Assembly (NCBI RefSeq): GCF_001194135.2
Contig: NC_068988.1
Coordinates: 2,906,879-2,970,878, forward strand
DNA from: Octopus bimaculoides
Taxonomy: Eukaryota
Direction of reading: 5' to 3'
DNA: 64,000 bases
Shown: one piece after another, positions 1 through 13,330 of the stretch
Position numbering within the stretch: position 1 is the stretch's first letter
How the letters are laid out: the number at the start of each line of letters is the position of its first letter
Made by a program: the position numbers and the translations under genes
Notes under the pieces: generated by a model
Told to the model about the DNA's origin: nothing
Seen by the model: only the letters and a program-made list of their open reading frames with translations
Database searches by the model: none

Positions 1-131
1 GAGGTTTTAGTTTTGTTTGGGACAACCACTTTAGTAACAGCAGTATAATAAAATGTATCTAGTTCACAAAGTAGACTAGTGACAGGAAAAACATCCAGTC
101 ATGAAGGTCAGATCATAAGAAACAACATATA

Positions 132-356
132 CAGGGTGGCCCCAAAATAGGTTTACAGTTATTCAAATATTTCTTTCACATTCATATATTAACAGTTAAG
201 ATCTTAATTATAAAAGAAATATGAAACCATTATTCTATGCTAATTTAGTTAATTTTGTCAAACTCCCTTTGCAGTTAGTAAGATAGAAATTTAAACGTAA
301 TAAAATAAATTTAAGTGCCTACGTGATAACTGTAAACCTACTTTTAGGTCACCCTA
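132..356. mobile_element. Tc1/mariner-type MITE (225 bp) with about 30-bp TIRs and TA target duplication
   Basis: Left end CAGGGTGGCCCCAAAATAGGTTTACAGTTA; reverse complement of right end TAGGGTGACCTAAAAGTAGGTTTACAGTTA; TA at 130-131 and 357-358; no ORF inside. Confidence 0.85.
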
Positions 357-1344
357 TACAATAAAAGAATCAGTTTTTTTTTTTGTTATTTAGTATGTCA
401 GATGATGAAGATGCACATTGGATGGCAAGATGCTGAGACACCACTCAACCCATGCTGGCAAGGACTAAATGATGACGATGATGATGATCATAAATTAGAT
501 GCTGTAGGAGATTCAATTGGTTGACTAAAATTATTTTTATATATTTATTTCTATTGTGGAATTATAATTCTGTCAGTTTGGTTTTTGTTTTTCTTCATTC
601 TCAATTTAATAAAATAAATACCAGTTATATACACTGGTCAATGTGACTTGACTATACTCTTAAACCTTATTGTATTCCTAGCATTGCAATTAATTAAATG
701 TTAATGGAACACCAGAAGTGCAAGCATGCCAAACTAGAACTTTTCAGTATTTAGTTGCCATTCCTCTACCTTCTGAGATTAGATCCTTGCAGAAGATCAA
801 CTTTGGTTTTCATTACTCTGGGGTGAATAAGATATCTGTGGTCAATAAAATAAGCACCAAACATGTTATGGCGTTAATTCAATTGATTATACAAATTCTT
901 CATATTTGCATTAGTCGAAGAAATCTTTATTAATTGCATAATATAAAGTTTGTATTTATATTATAACCCCTCCCCCCACTTTAACTAATCTTCTGTAATT
1001 AATGGCCATATGGTGCAAGATAATACAACCTGCTGCCACTTATTCTGCAGGGATTAGTGTCAACATAAATGAAACGTGAATTACCAAAGAAAGGGAATTT
1101 TTCTCTAACTGTGAAAACGAAAAACTCATGGAAATATTTGCTTTGCATTGAGTGCAGGGGCACAAGTTTGAATCAAGTTGGTCAGAGAAAACATTGGCAA
1201 AAACAAAAGCAGGTGAGAAGCAAATTAAATGAAACAAGGAATGACAAATGTTTACATTAAAATGTCATTAATTGTAAACAGTGTCAGTAGATACTGTCAT
1301 AAGATCACCAAGGGAAGTAACTGAGACACGGGGCAAGCAGGAGA

Positions 1345-1525
1345 GACTGGCATATAGTCGTTGGCTGTGCTAGAAATAGCAGCCAAATCCAATTTAATAT
1401 CATACCTTTCCATCATAGAAAAAGTGAGGACAACACGTTGAATATGATAGTCCTACATACGCGATGTCTTTACAAAAGGACAGGATGGTCACAACTTGAA
1501 TGCCTTTGATCATTAGGTCTACACA
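1345..1525 (+). repeat. Interspersed repeat family D copy (unclassified, SINE/LINE-tail-like)
   Basis: Shares TGCTAGAAATAGCAGCCAAAT and GGATGGTCACAACTTGAATGCCTTTGATCAT motifs with copies near 8960-9075, 10090-10290, 51290-51375, 51820-51990 and (minus) 53600-53710. Confidence 0.6.
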
Positions 1526-2072
1526 CTCTACCATTGCAGACATGGGAATAAAGCAACTGAGAAGCAAAGAAATGGTAGATTAAGGAAATGGTGGAAATTC
1601 CATAGAAGTTTTAGCTTCTCTAGATTCTCAAATTTCACCTATTGTAAGCAAACATAACAATGCAGGAACTACTACATGGTTCTTTGGTATGCTAGAAATA
1701 GGAAGTAAATTGGCTTCAGATGACAACCAGCATGCTAAATCTTAGAGAATACAGTAGACAATGTCCTTCCTGATATATACAATAGTGTTGACCAAAATGT
1801 GCTAGATTATAGAAACGGTTTATCAAGAGTGACCTGTGCCACACAACAACAATAACTATAGTTAAACGAGACACCATCAGCCAGAATAATGGACATAATT
1901 TGTGACACAGCTCCATATTCTATGAAGTATTGCAAATTTAATGTGAAACCAAGCAAGTGTATTCTTATAATTTAAATATAATTAACTTCTAATTAATTCT
2001 AATATATTCTCTGTGCAATTTCAACTTCATTTCTCCTATTCCTCCACTTGTTTGGATTAATAAGAATTTTTC

Positions 2073-2106
<34 letters not shown>

Positions 2107-2139
2107 NNNNNNNNNNNNNNNNNNNNNNNNNNNNNNNNN

Positions 2140-2171
<32 letters not shown>

Positions 2172-2247
2172 GAGAGAGAAAGAGAGTTAGATAGAGAGGG
2201 GAGAGAGAGAGAAAGAGTGACAAAAAAGGGAGAGAGAGAGAGAGAGA

Positions 2248-2289
<42 letters not shown>

Positions 2290-2895
2290 TAGAGAGAGAA
2301 AGAACAGAGATAATGTGAAAGTAAACAAATAAATATGCTTGGACTTGATATATAAAGTATCCATACATATATGCATGTAAATATATATTGGGGTATATAT
2401 AGAGAGAGAAAGAAACACCAAAAATATTCGGAAAATGAATATTCATGTATAAGCAAATAAATATTTACAGAACAGATTTACATGGAATACAAAAATGCAG
2501 AAAACTAGGGGAAGAGGGCATGGTATTTCAGGTTCAACAGCTGTTTCTGGAGGGCTGGAAATACATAATAGTTGTAATGTTGACAGATGGAGCGTGCAAA
2601 AAGTCAAGAATATGCAACCAGTGGTGGATGCATACAAACATTACCGTAAATCTGGCCCTTGCCTTCAGTGTGGAGAGATTGTCACCTAACATTTTAGATA
2701 ATAATGCAGGGGATTTAATGGTAGAAAAAGGCAAATTGAAGTAGGTAGAAAGAGGAAGTAAGCAGTTTACCTAGCGAACTTAGTCCTCAATAAATATTTT
2801 AGAGAGTAAGTTCAAACCATTTGAGCACTACTAAGTGTTTTTTACATTGAGCATCTTTAGATCCCACCTGTTGAATCTCTCTCTCTCTCTCTCTG

Positions 2896-2931
<36 letters not shown>

Positions 2932-4203
2932 ACAATAGGATTGAAAGAATCAAATAGAAGTCACAGTTAACTCTCCACCTGGTGTCTGGCTATCAAGAAA
3001 CAGTGTGGTTAAGGATAGGATGTAAACTCATTGTTGTCCTGAAAAAATCCAGAAATGGCTCTGCTGGAGTCTATATATAAAAATGGTCTAAATAAGAAAA
3101 TGCAATGTCAAAATTCTTTCAATCTTCATTCTTTTACCTTTTTTATGAATTTTCTGTGTGAAGAGACTACCTTGCAGCTGGCATCTTTGAAGAATTTCAT
3201 TTCCAGATCATTCTTTTTCCATTGGTGAGGAATATAAAATACTTTTTACTTTTTATGTTTTATTTGTTTTAATCATTCTGCTTTACCTTTATCCTTTCAG
3301 GGTTAATAAAATAAGTAATAGTTGAGTATTGGAGTAAATAAAACCAACTAACACACCACCAAAATCGCTGGCTTTGTGCCAAAATGTGAAACCAATATTT
3401 CTCAACAACTATTATTGTTTTTGTCCTCATTTCATATCTATCGTAACATGCCATGGACTAAATTTTTCAACTATAACTTATTAATTACCAACACTAATTT
3501 TAATAATACAAGAGCCTAAACGAAGTGTTTTGTAGTTCTTGGATCAAATACTATCAAGGTGACCCCACTTTTATGTATAGCCCTTTTAGTTTATGCCACA
3601 TAAACATTGATGAAAGACTTTCTTTAAGATTGCTTACATTCTTCATTGAAATGATAAATATGGTAAGAAGGGTAAGGAAACTCCAAGAAGGTAATTAATT
3701 TAGATTAAAATCATTGTGTTGAAATTGATGATATTTGGAAATCTTTGAAACATTAATAGAATTCTTCAGCATAATGTTCTGGTTAGTTTAGACACTACCA
3801 AATTTCAAGAAGCCTTAAAATGTATTGAATATTGAACCTATTACAACCAATATATTTGTGACACAAGTTTGAATGCATTTATCAGAACACAACAAAGTTA
3901 ACACGGAAATGGTCTGTTGTGCATTTTCACCTGCTCTAAAAGCACATAAAAGTCAGAGCAATAGTTTTCAAATATTAATTACTGCTTAACGAGACTTTAT
4001 TAGTCTACTTAGATAAGAAAAATATGAGCTGCAAATGCCAACTTAAAAATTTGAATTCAAAATATATCTTAATAACGTACAAAAATATTTAAGCTTAGAC
4101 ACACAATACAGAACAATTTATGGATATACATGTACGATGTATATCTGTTATAAATTCATCAATTTGTCTACATACGTACGCACACACACACACACACACA
4201 TGC

Positions 4204-4257
<54 letters not shown>

Positions 4258-4722
4258 TGAGACTGAGAGACAGAGAGTGAGAGAGATGAGCTTTTTTAAA
4301 ATAATACGCTCTAGTACCAGGAGTTGTACATTCACACAAAGCATTCCTAAACACCTTGTTTATTAAATACCGACCCATACAAAAGTGAAATACTTTGTTG
4401 CTGATCCCCTACAAATACAGATTTACATGGTTTATTCTTAACGAGGTACTTTATTTCTAAATATCGCACTAAAAGTTTGGCATCCAGGCATTTTATCCAA
4501 GCAAACCCTATTCTGAAGCAAACTGCACTTTATCCAGGTGAACCCTATTCTAAAGCAAGCCACACTTTATACATGTGGCCCCGATTTTCTGAACAAATTT
4601 TAATAAAATTCTCTTTGCTACTTTCAAGAACTGACCTATTGATTTAAAATGTTTGTAACTGTTATTGTTCACTGTACTTACTCTGCCTATGTAGCAACTT
4701 CTGACAATCATATTGTTCTGGT

Positions 4723-4776
<54 letters not shown>

Positions 4777-5122
4777 GTCATCGTCATCGTCGTCATCATT
4801 ATCATCATCATCATCGTCGTCGTCGTCGTCGTCATCATTGTCATAATCATCCTTTAACGTCCATTTTTCATGCTGGCATAAGTTGTCTGGTACAACAGGC
4901 AAGCCAGAGAGCTGCATCAGGCTCCGGTTGTCAGTTTGGGCATGGATTCTGTGAGTGGATACCTTTCCTAAAGCCAACCACTTTCCTGAGTGTGCTGGGT
5001 GCCTTTTACACGGTACCAGCACCAGTGCATTTCATGTGGAACCAGGATGGGTGTTCTTTTGTGTGGCTCCAGCATCAGTGCTTTTCATGTGGCACCAGCA
5101 CCAGTGCTTCATATGTGACACC
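4723..5122 (-). mobile_element. RTE LINE 3' UTR copy (family A) with long (GAT)n tail
   Basis: CCTTTAACGTCCATTTTTCATGCTGGCAT...GGATACCTTTCCTAAAGCCAACCACT matches other family A copies; (CAT)n tract 4723-4850 is the tail on the minus strand. Confidence 0.8.
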
Positions 5123-5747
5123 ATTAGAAATACAAACTATTTAACGAACCAAGAGACTAACAAGTGACTGAAGTTTTTTGAGTATACTTAGGTTGATGGA
5201 AACTGTATGGAAGCCTACAAGGGAATTATTCTTAGTCTTGAATGGTTTACTTAATTAATTACCTGAATCAGTTCCACAAACTGGCCCTTGTGTGACTTTA
5301 GCAGAGTCTACTCTGTTGTAAATATATGGATTCTTCCATCCATTCTGGATTTGTACCTAATCCTTTGTGGCCCTGTCTACTGTTGCTCCAGTCTGGCAAC
5401 ATAGTTCCATCCTTGTTTCATATATATGAACGCACTCAACCTCCACATATCCCATTCATCACTCTTATAATTATTTCTGTTTGCTCTCGTTTCTCTACTG
5501 GAATTCATAAGTTACCAATATTCTTTGTAAAACCCTAAGTCATTAACGAATTAATTCGTTTATATGTTTTAAATTCACACACACACACACATGCACGAAT
5601 ACACACACACTCACACACATACAGGTACACTCAGTCTCTCTCTCACACACACACATACACACACACACACACACACACGCTCCTTCATAAAAACACACAG
5701 ACAGACACACATATATATACATTCATAGAAACACGCACATTCACAAA

Positions 5748-5805
<58 letters not shown>

Positions 5806-5938
5806 NNNNNNNNNNNNNNNNNNNNNNNNNNNNNNNNNNNNNNNNNNNNNNNNNNNNNNNNNNNNNNNNNNNNNNNNNNNNNNNNNNNNNNNNNNNNNNN
5901 NNNNNNNNNNNNNNNNNNNNNNNNNNNNNNNNNNNNNN

Positions 5939-6001
<63 letters not shown>

Positions 6002-6586
6002 TCTATATTTTTATTTTATGTTGAAGTTTCACAAACTGCAACACTGAGTTCCATCTTTTGCCAATTCTCAAGCAATGAAAGAAAGGAATCATTCAAGCTT
6101 ATATTTATATGTGAAATAATAATAAAAATAAAGATTGTTAAACAATAAGATATGAACAATAGAAAGTTTTTTGGTCTATTTGGAGAAGGTAACAACTGTA
6201 TGATACAAGTCTGTCTAATGTTCACCTGCTAATTATTTTGAAATATTTCAACAGAAATTTCACTTTTTGATGACAAACATTGTATATGAAGTACACATTA
6301 ACAAAAGAAAACGTTTTTGAATTGCTTGGAACGTGTGACAAGCTCCAAACAATTCAAGAATGTCCGACAGCTGAAACAATATTTATGTTCATCAACTTAG
6401 AATTTGCCGTCGTAAATGGCTAATTATTTATTGCTTTCTAAATTTAAGGTGATATCTAAGAAATTAACTGTTGTATATTGTTATACTCTACAAACAAATC
6501 AAAAAGTTTTCTCTTATTAGCATGCATCTTATAGTCAACAATTTTTATTTCACACACACACACACACACACACACATGTATGTGTG

Positions 6587-6666
<80 letters not shown>

Positions 6667-6693
6667 CACACACATATATATATGTATATCTAT

Positions 6694-6726
<33 letters not shown>

Positions 6727-6935
6727 CATTCATATATACATATATATATACATATATAGATATATACATTTATATATATATATGTGTGTATGTATGTATA
6801 TGTAAGTATGTATGTATGCATGAATACACACATATACATACACATGCACACATATGCAAATGCACATATAAAACATTTGTAGATTAATTTCCTTCATTGC
6901 TTGAAAATCAGTAAAAGTTGAAATTTGTGAAGTTA

Positions 6936-7760
6936 GATTTAGAGAATGCTTTTGACAAGGTTTCTATGTTATCTACTGGTCACTAAGAAAGCTAGGGTTA
7001 GATGAATAGCATGTGATGGCTGGCTGTACAAACTATGTATAGAGTTGCAGTCAGCAAGATGAGAGTTAACAGTAAGTTTAGCGATGGTTTGGTGTATATG
7101 TAGAGGTCCAACAGGGCTCAGTCCTCAGTCCTTTCTTGTTTAAAATAGTCTTCCAAGTCATAACAGAGGAGTTTAAGGTTAGCTGTCGATGAGAACTCTT
7201 GGATGCTGATGACCTAGTTCTTATAGCAGAATTGATGAAATATTTGAAGAAGAAATTCCAGACATTGAAGCAAAGCCTGAGATTGAAACATCTTATAGTA
7301 AACTTAGTAAATAGGAAAGAATTCAGGACTCAGCTACCATGAAAGGAAATGGCTGTAATTGATATGCTAAAGAAGAAAGCAGTATAGGTAGAAACTGCAT
7401 ATAAGGTATCCAATGTAAAAACAGAATATACAAAAAGTGTAGCAGAATCAGAACCCAAGTTATAGATTCTTCCACTTGCTCTGAAGACATCCTAGAAGTA
7501 GTTGATATTTTTGTTTATATAGGTGGAATAATTAGTTGTTCATGTGGATGCTTTAAAAGCAAAGTAACAAGAGCAGGAATGGATGGGAAACATTGAAGAA
7601 GTTATTACTTCTGTCAGTGACTAGGTACTTTCTCTCTGAGTGAAGGGCAGATTATATGATGCTTGCATGTATGCGCTATGGGCCTTCATTTGTGAAGACT
7701 ACACTGAAATGAAACAAGTATGATTTTCTGGATGTATAATGTTAGTATTCATGAATGATG
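6936..7760 (+). pseudogene. Degenerate RTE-clade LINE reverse transcriptase fragment
   Basis: Translates with stops and frameshifts as DLENAFDKV...SLRKLGLDE...VQQGSVLSPFLF...ELLDADDLVLIAE...LEVVDIFVYIGG...VKGRLYDAC, matching RT motifs (DxxKAFD, QGSxLSP, YADD) and the RTE-type downstream region. Confidence 0.9.
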
Positions 7761-7846
7761 GCACCAGTCCTGATACATTTTGAACAGACCTTGTATAGAC
7801 CCAACCTGCATAAGTATATATAAACACATATCTTATGTCTATATAT

Positions 7847-8052
7847 GGGTTTCAAATTTTAGCACCAGGCCAGCAATTCCAGGTGAGAGAGGAGTTATTT
7901 ACATTGACCTCAATGCACAATTATTTTATCGGCCCTGAATGAGGAAAAGCATAGTTGACCCCCTGGTGGCATTTAGACACAAAGGGTAAAGATGGATGAA
8001 ATGCTGCTAAGCATTTTCTCTGGCATCATAATGATTCTGCCAGCTTGTTACC
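7847..8052 (-). mobile_element. tRNA-derived SINE family B copy
   Basis: Reverse complement carries the AGCTGGCAGAATC head and ends in CTGGCCTGGTGCTAAAATTTGAAACC, as in other family B copies. Confidence 0.7.
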
Positions 8053-8273
8053 ATTCTTACCATTCTATATATTTTTATACAAACATTTTTTTATCTGCAA
8101 ACATCCTTATTCTCATCATCATCATCAACCAAACAACTCCTTTCCAGGCTTGCATATGAATATATATATATGTGTGTGTGTGTGCGCATATGCATGTGTG
8201 CGCATGTGTGTGTGCATGTATGTGTGTGTGTATGTGTGTGTGTGTATGTGTGCATACACATATGCACACTGAG

Positions 8274-8310
<37 letters not shown>

Positions 8311-8812
8311 TTTAGGCATAAATGTTTATTTCTATAATCAGTATCTCTCACCTGTTGATCTCTCTCCCTCTCAATTCTCTCTCTTGCTCTCTATTTTTCT
8401 CTCTCTCTCTCCCTCTCTCCCTCACCCTCTCTCTATGTTTACATTTATTATGCAAATTCTTTTCCTTCCAAAATGTGTTTCCTTTCCAGAAATTTTCTTA
8501 CCATCATACAAAAAAAGAAAAGAAAAAGGAACAAAATATAAATAAAAACAAAAATGTGCTACCATTTATTTTCTCGAAGATATTCAAACTATCTCTCCCC
8601 AGGAAAAGAATCCATCATCTTCAAAATGCACCACTCAAAGCCATTTTCTCTTGGCTACGGCAAAGAAACTCTCACCTTTTCTTTATTCTCTAACAAGTTT
8701 GGTTCCACCTTTTCTTCTCTGTATTTTCCTAATGATTATTTGCAAAAAATTTTCCTTCTTGTACTTTTATTTACAACCGTTTTAAAATTTGCATTATTTT
8801 GTTGTGTGAGCA

Positions 8813-8861
<49 letters not shown>

Positions 8862-9169
8862 AAAATCTTGGTTCAGATTTATGATAACAACAATTGATCT
8901 CGTTTTATTCCAACCTGTGTGTTGGTCATTCCACTTGCTAAAAGTAGTAACCAGATCTTCCTCTCATTGCACCCTACTGTCTTGAAAAGAAATAAAGGGA
9001 CACTTTGGATGCTGTGGACTTGGGTACACAATGCCTGAGGAAATAAAGCTAGATGGTCATGACTGGAAAGCCTGTGGTGAATTAGTGCAGTTGTTAGAGT
9101 GTTGGGTTAAATACTTTGTCTAGAATCGAAGGGCCTTAGAGTCAACCTACCAAAAATCAATGTCTTTAT

Positions 9170-9322
9170 AAGCACCCACTACAGCTGGCTGCTGTAGAAA
9201 CTTTGCCAGATCAGATTGGAGCCTGGTGCAGCCTTCTGTCTCACCAGCCCTCACTCAAACTGTCCAACTCATGCCAGCATGGAAAGCAGATGTTAAACGA
9301 CGACGATGATGATGATGATGAT
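9170..9322 (+). mobile_element. RTE LINE 3' UTR copy (family A), 5'-truncated
   Basis: GCTGTAGAAACTTTGCCAGATCAGATTGGAGCCTGGTGCAGCC...CATGCCAGCATGGAAAGCAGATGTTAAACGACGACGATGATGAT. Confidence 0.85.
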
Positions 9323-9485
9323 CACCTAGGAAAGAAGAAAGCTCTGAAAGTGATGCTGTGAGTGTAGTCTTTGCAAAATATGGAAACCATAAGAATATCT
9401 ATGAAGACGAATCAAAGCCCTCCCCAGAAAGCTAATGACTAAATTTCTTATTTTATTGAACAATGGTAATATATTGCTCTGTATA

Positions 9486-9691
9486 ACTTTGGTACAAGGC
9501 CAGCAATTTCAGAAAGGGGCAAAAGTTGATTAAATCAACCCCTATGTTCAATTGGCACTTATTTTCTTGGCCCCAAAATGATGAAAAGCAAAGTCGACCT
9601 CGGTGGAATTTGAACTCAGATTGTAAAGAGAGATGAAATGCCACTAAGCATTTTGCCTGGTGTGGTAGTGGTTTTGCCAGCTGACCGCCTT
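9486..9691 (-). mobile_element. tRNA-derived SINE family B copy
   Basis: Contains GCAAAGTCGACCTCGGTGGAATTTGAACTCAG (B-box GAGTTCAAATTCC on minus) and head CAGCTGGCAAAACC. Confidence 0.8.
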
Positions 9692-10089
9692 AAGCAAGGG
9701 TCATATATTGCCGTGTATAACTGGTTGAGTATTTAAAACTGAGCAGCACGTACACACCAAGTAAATAGATCAGTAGCTACGTTCTGTCTATGTTTTATGA
9801 CCACAACAAAGAAATAAGTCTTTACATCATCATTAAAGATGTTATGATGAGAGAAGCCCTTATATGGTCAATAAAACAAATGAAAGAAACGTTGATGAGG
9901 TCACTAAAAGCAGCAAAGGAAACCTTTTAATCAGTCACCGAACCTGCTAAAGATATCAGACAAATCTTCCTGAAATTACATTCTACAACCAGAAAAAGGA
10001 CACATTCCTGTGTTTGTAAAGATCGGATGGTTAAGCTTTAATAACTTGTCTGCTTGGAATGGTTGACCCGAAGCTAAGAAACAACAAGA

Positions 10090-10290
10090 GAGTGTCTATG
10101 TGATCGTTTAACCTGCTGGCAGTAGCAGACAAATTTCCCTTCAACTGTACTTGTCTTAATAAAGATCTAAGACTACAATGGATAATATAGAACTTTAAAT
10201 AGTCAGAACGGTGAGGATTGGAATGTTTTTGATCATAGAGATGTTCAATCAGGACTGACCTGGGGCTAAATAACAGCAACAACAACAAAC
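10090..10290 (+). repeat. Interspersed repeat family D copy with (AAC)n tail
   Basis: Ends TTGGAATGTTTTTGATCATAGAGATGTTCAATCAGGACTGACCTGGGGCTAAATAACAGCAACAACAAC, matching 51290-51375 and 51820-51990. Confidence 0.65.
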
Positions 10291-12755
10291 AAATCACCAA
10301 CATTACCACCTCCATAATTGTTCCTGTTGTCATTGTCGTCATCATCATCATCATCATTACGATCATCATGTGAAAAGCATAGCAAGGTTTGGTAAAATCT
10401 ATAGAAGATTATTTATTTCAAATTTCTTTGAAGGTTCCAGACAACTATATCTCTCATGCAGCAAGCATATCACTAGATGTTCGTTAATTATGTGCCATTT
10501 TTCTTTGAATGTTGGTTCCAAAAGGAAATGCTTTGCCCATAGACAGTGAAATCTATTAAAACATTGTTATTTACAAGGATTAAGAACTCATAAACTGTAA
10601 GATTACACACTTTAGATTGTAACGTCTAGAATGTAATAGAAAATCTAGAAGCTGGCTAGTAAAAGTTGATGGATTTTGATCACTTTATTAATATTAACTT
10701 CATAATTTGACAAACCTAGAACTTTATATTACAAACATCAAGAAAATGAATACTTGCCTGAAGGGTTTAATTTGAATTTCAAAAACTGGTCTATTCTGGA
10801 ATGCTCAGAGATCCTATTGATAGCTTAATATTAACCAGATTAGATTTGAGATTCTATAGCCTTGGGTAATTAGAACTAATTGTCATAACACTGCATAGAA
10901 CAATCTCATTAGTTAATACTTGTTTTTACAGTTACTCCATGAGTTAGACAGGTGTTGCAGAGTGTAATATTGCTATTTCTCTCTCAATGTTTTTTTTTTT
11001 TTCATGTGTGATGTACACCTCTTGTAAGCTTAAAACCTCACAAGTCAATAACTAGGTTTAAGCTTTATGCTTCGAAATGTCAATACATCTGCTGACAATA
11101 TAGTTTAACTAACAGAAATACATTGTTGAATATGAAATGCCAGTTAATGCAAAAGATCAATGTGGTAGAAGCAAACATACTGAATATGCAGAGCACTTTT
11201 TTTTTAAATCCTGTTTTGTGTTTGTTTGTGTTATACATGCCATGCTTAGAAAATTCTTCCTTTGCGTGTTAAAATTATGATTTGTTTTTTTTTTTTGGGG
11301 GGGGGGGTTGCTTAAGCTGAACTGTCACAATTATGGAAAGAAAATAGGTCTTCTTTTGCATTCCTACAACAGACTATGGTGAAGATAGAAGAAAAGAATA
11401 GAATGTGGAGGAAGAGAGAAATGGGTGGGGGAGAGAAAGAAAGAAAGAAAGAAAGGGAGAAGTGAAAAGAAAAAGGTGTGGGTCAAAACTTTGGGGATAA
11501 AAACCAAAGAATATGATTAACAATTTCAAAAGAAAAATGTAAAAAAAAAAAAGCAACAGTATACAGCCATAAGAGCAAATGAGTAAAGTGATCAACAATA
11601 GAGAATCTTTGTGTTTCTGATTGTTTTGAGGGAGAGAAAGGTGTGTGAGGGGTGCAAAGAAATAACTTTCTTATGTTGTGAGGAATGTTGTTGTTTTACT
11701 GATAGAACAAAATTTAACAGAGAAAAAAACAAACAGAAATGAAAGAGTTAAAAGATAAAAAAAATAAACCAAAATACAGAAGAAATTAACATCATAATGT
11801 TTTTATTCTGGTGTTTGAGATTTTAGCTGGTTTTGTTTGTCTTTTGTTTGTTTTTTCTTGCCTTTCTTATCTAACAAATCTTCCTTGGAGCTACTGACCT
11901 AAAACACCTGATGCAATGAAAAACACAGCTGTTTTGACATGAAGAATTATCAGAGAAAAGTGACAGAATGGCAGAGAGAGAGGGAAAGACAGAGAGACTG
12001 AGAGAGAGATGAAAAGAAAGTGAGACAGAAGGGCGAGTACCTGTCTTGCAGTGTTCAGAGTAAATTTACTGTCTTAACTGATAAATAAGCAAATAAAACA
12101 ATGAAACTAATCACATTATAGTTAAGTTTTGGAAGAGTTTCTTTTCCCTTTCTCTCTTTTCTCATTTCCTCTCACAGAACAAATTTTTATTTCGTTTTTT
12201 ATATAACTATATAACAACATTTTATTACAAAGTAGTTATGATTTTCACCACTCAAGGTGTTTAGGTCACTTACTATGCAGAAGATTTATCACATAAAACA
12301 GCTATTTAAAACCTGACATTTCTAATGCGTGTGCAGCGATGGGAACTGTTAAATTTCAGAAGCAATTCTTTATTAATGTATTTTGAAGATTGCACTTAAT
12401 AAACAATTATCTGGTTAAAAACAATATCTTATATGAATATAAGTTAATATTTGGAGCTGGGGAAAAAATGTCAAATTGAAAACCATGAAACATTCACTAG
12501 AAAATGATACATGGGTTTTGCAATTCTCATCGTCATAACACACACACACATGTACATAGACACACATGCACATGCACACTCTCCAGCCATGTATATATAT
12601 ATATGGATATGTTACATGACAAAATTGCTTTTTAATCACTTTTTCTATTATCTCACCTGTACATTTCTAAAGACTATGATAGACTAATGGCAAGAAGAAG
12701 AGATTTACAGATTTACAAAATTTTGTACACTAAGTATTATGGACTCATAGTCTGT

Positions 12756-12798
<43 letters not shown>

Positions 12799-12964
12799 AT
12801 GTATGTATATATGTGCATGTGTAAATACAACCCATGCCAGCATGAACAATGGATGTTAAATGATCATTATAAAGATGATGATAGACATACATACACACGT
12901 GCAAATATATATATAGACATATATGCATGTATGTATGTATGTATGTATGTATGTATGATTATCA

Positions 12965-13330
12965 TAGTTGTTTTTGACATCTGATTCTCCCATGCTGCCA
13001 TATTTCAAACAAAACTTATTGGAGTAGTTTTCTACAACCAGAGCCATTTCAAATAGTTTTCATTCTTCCTCTTCATAAGCATCTTTCTCAGTCAATGATG
13101 AGACATTCCTTAAATCTACCCCACCAATTGCACAGGGTTTGGATCAATAAATTCATTATTTATAACATAGTCTTTCCAATGTGTACGGCAGATGGTTTGC
13201 CATTTTCCTTGATGGAAGTGTTCCGACCACTCTATGTTTGTTTGTTTTCTCACCAAAGATGCTGGAAGACGAAAATGGTGAGGCTCTGATCTCTGCAATC
13301 GATCACCACCGAAAAACAATTCACAAAATG
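12965..13330 (-). pseudogene. Degenerate THAP-domain (P-element-like) transposase N-terminus
   Basis: Across a frameshift: NCFSVVIDCR, then HFRLP...W...TICRTHWKDY...IDPNP, resembling the THAP pattern C-x-C...FRLP...W...C-x2-H(W/F)...P; stops downstream. Confidence 0.45.

Noticed and set aside
1690-1900. Helitron PIF1 helicase-like peptide (VLPDIYN...LSRVTCA)
   Set aside because: Similarity is weak and part of it is explained by a family D fragment; needs an HMM search.
2495-2744. ORFs with RGRGH and CLQCGE (gag-knuckle-like)
   Set aside because: CX2CX4HX4C cannot be completed without arbitrary edits; no LTR or pol nearby.
4649-5144. Poly-His, poly-Asp and poly-Ser ORFs, and similar IY/CV/HT/poly-K/R ORFs across the window
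   Set aside because: Translations of microsatellites, element tails and N-gaps.
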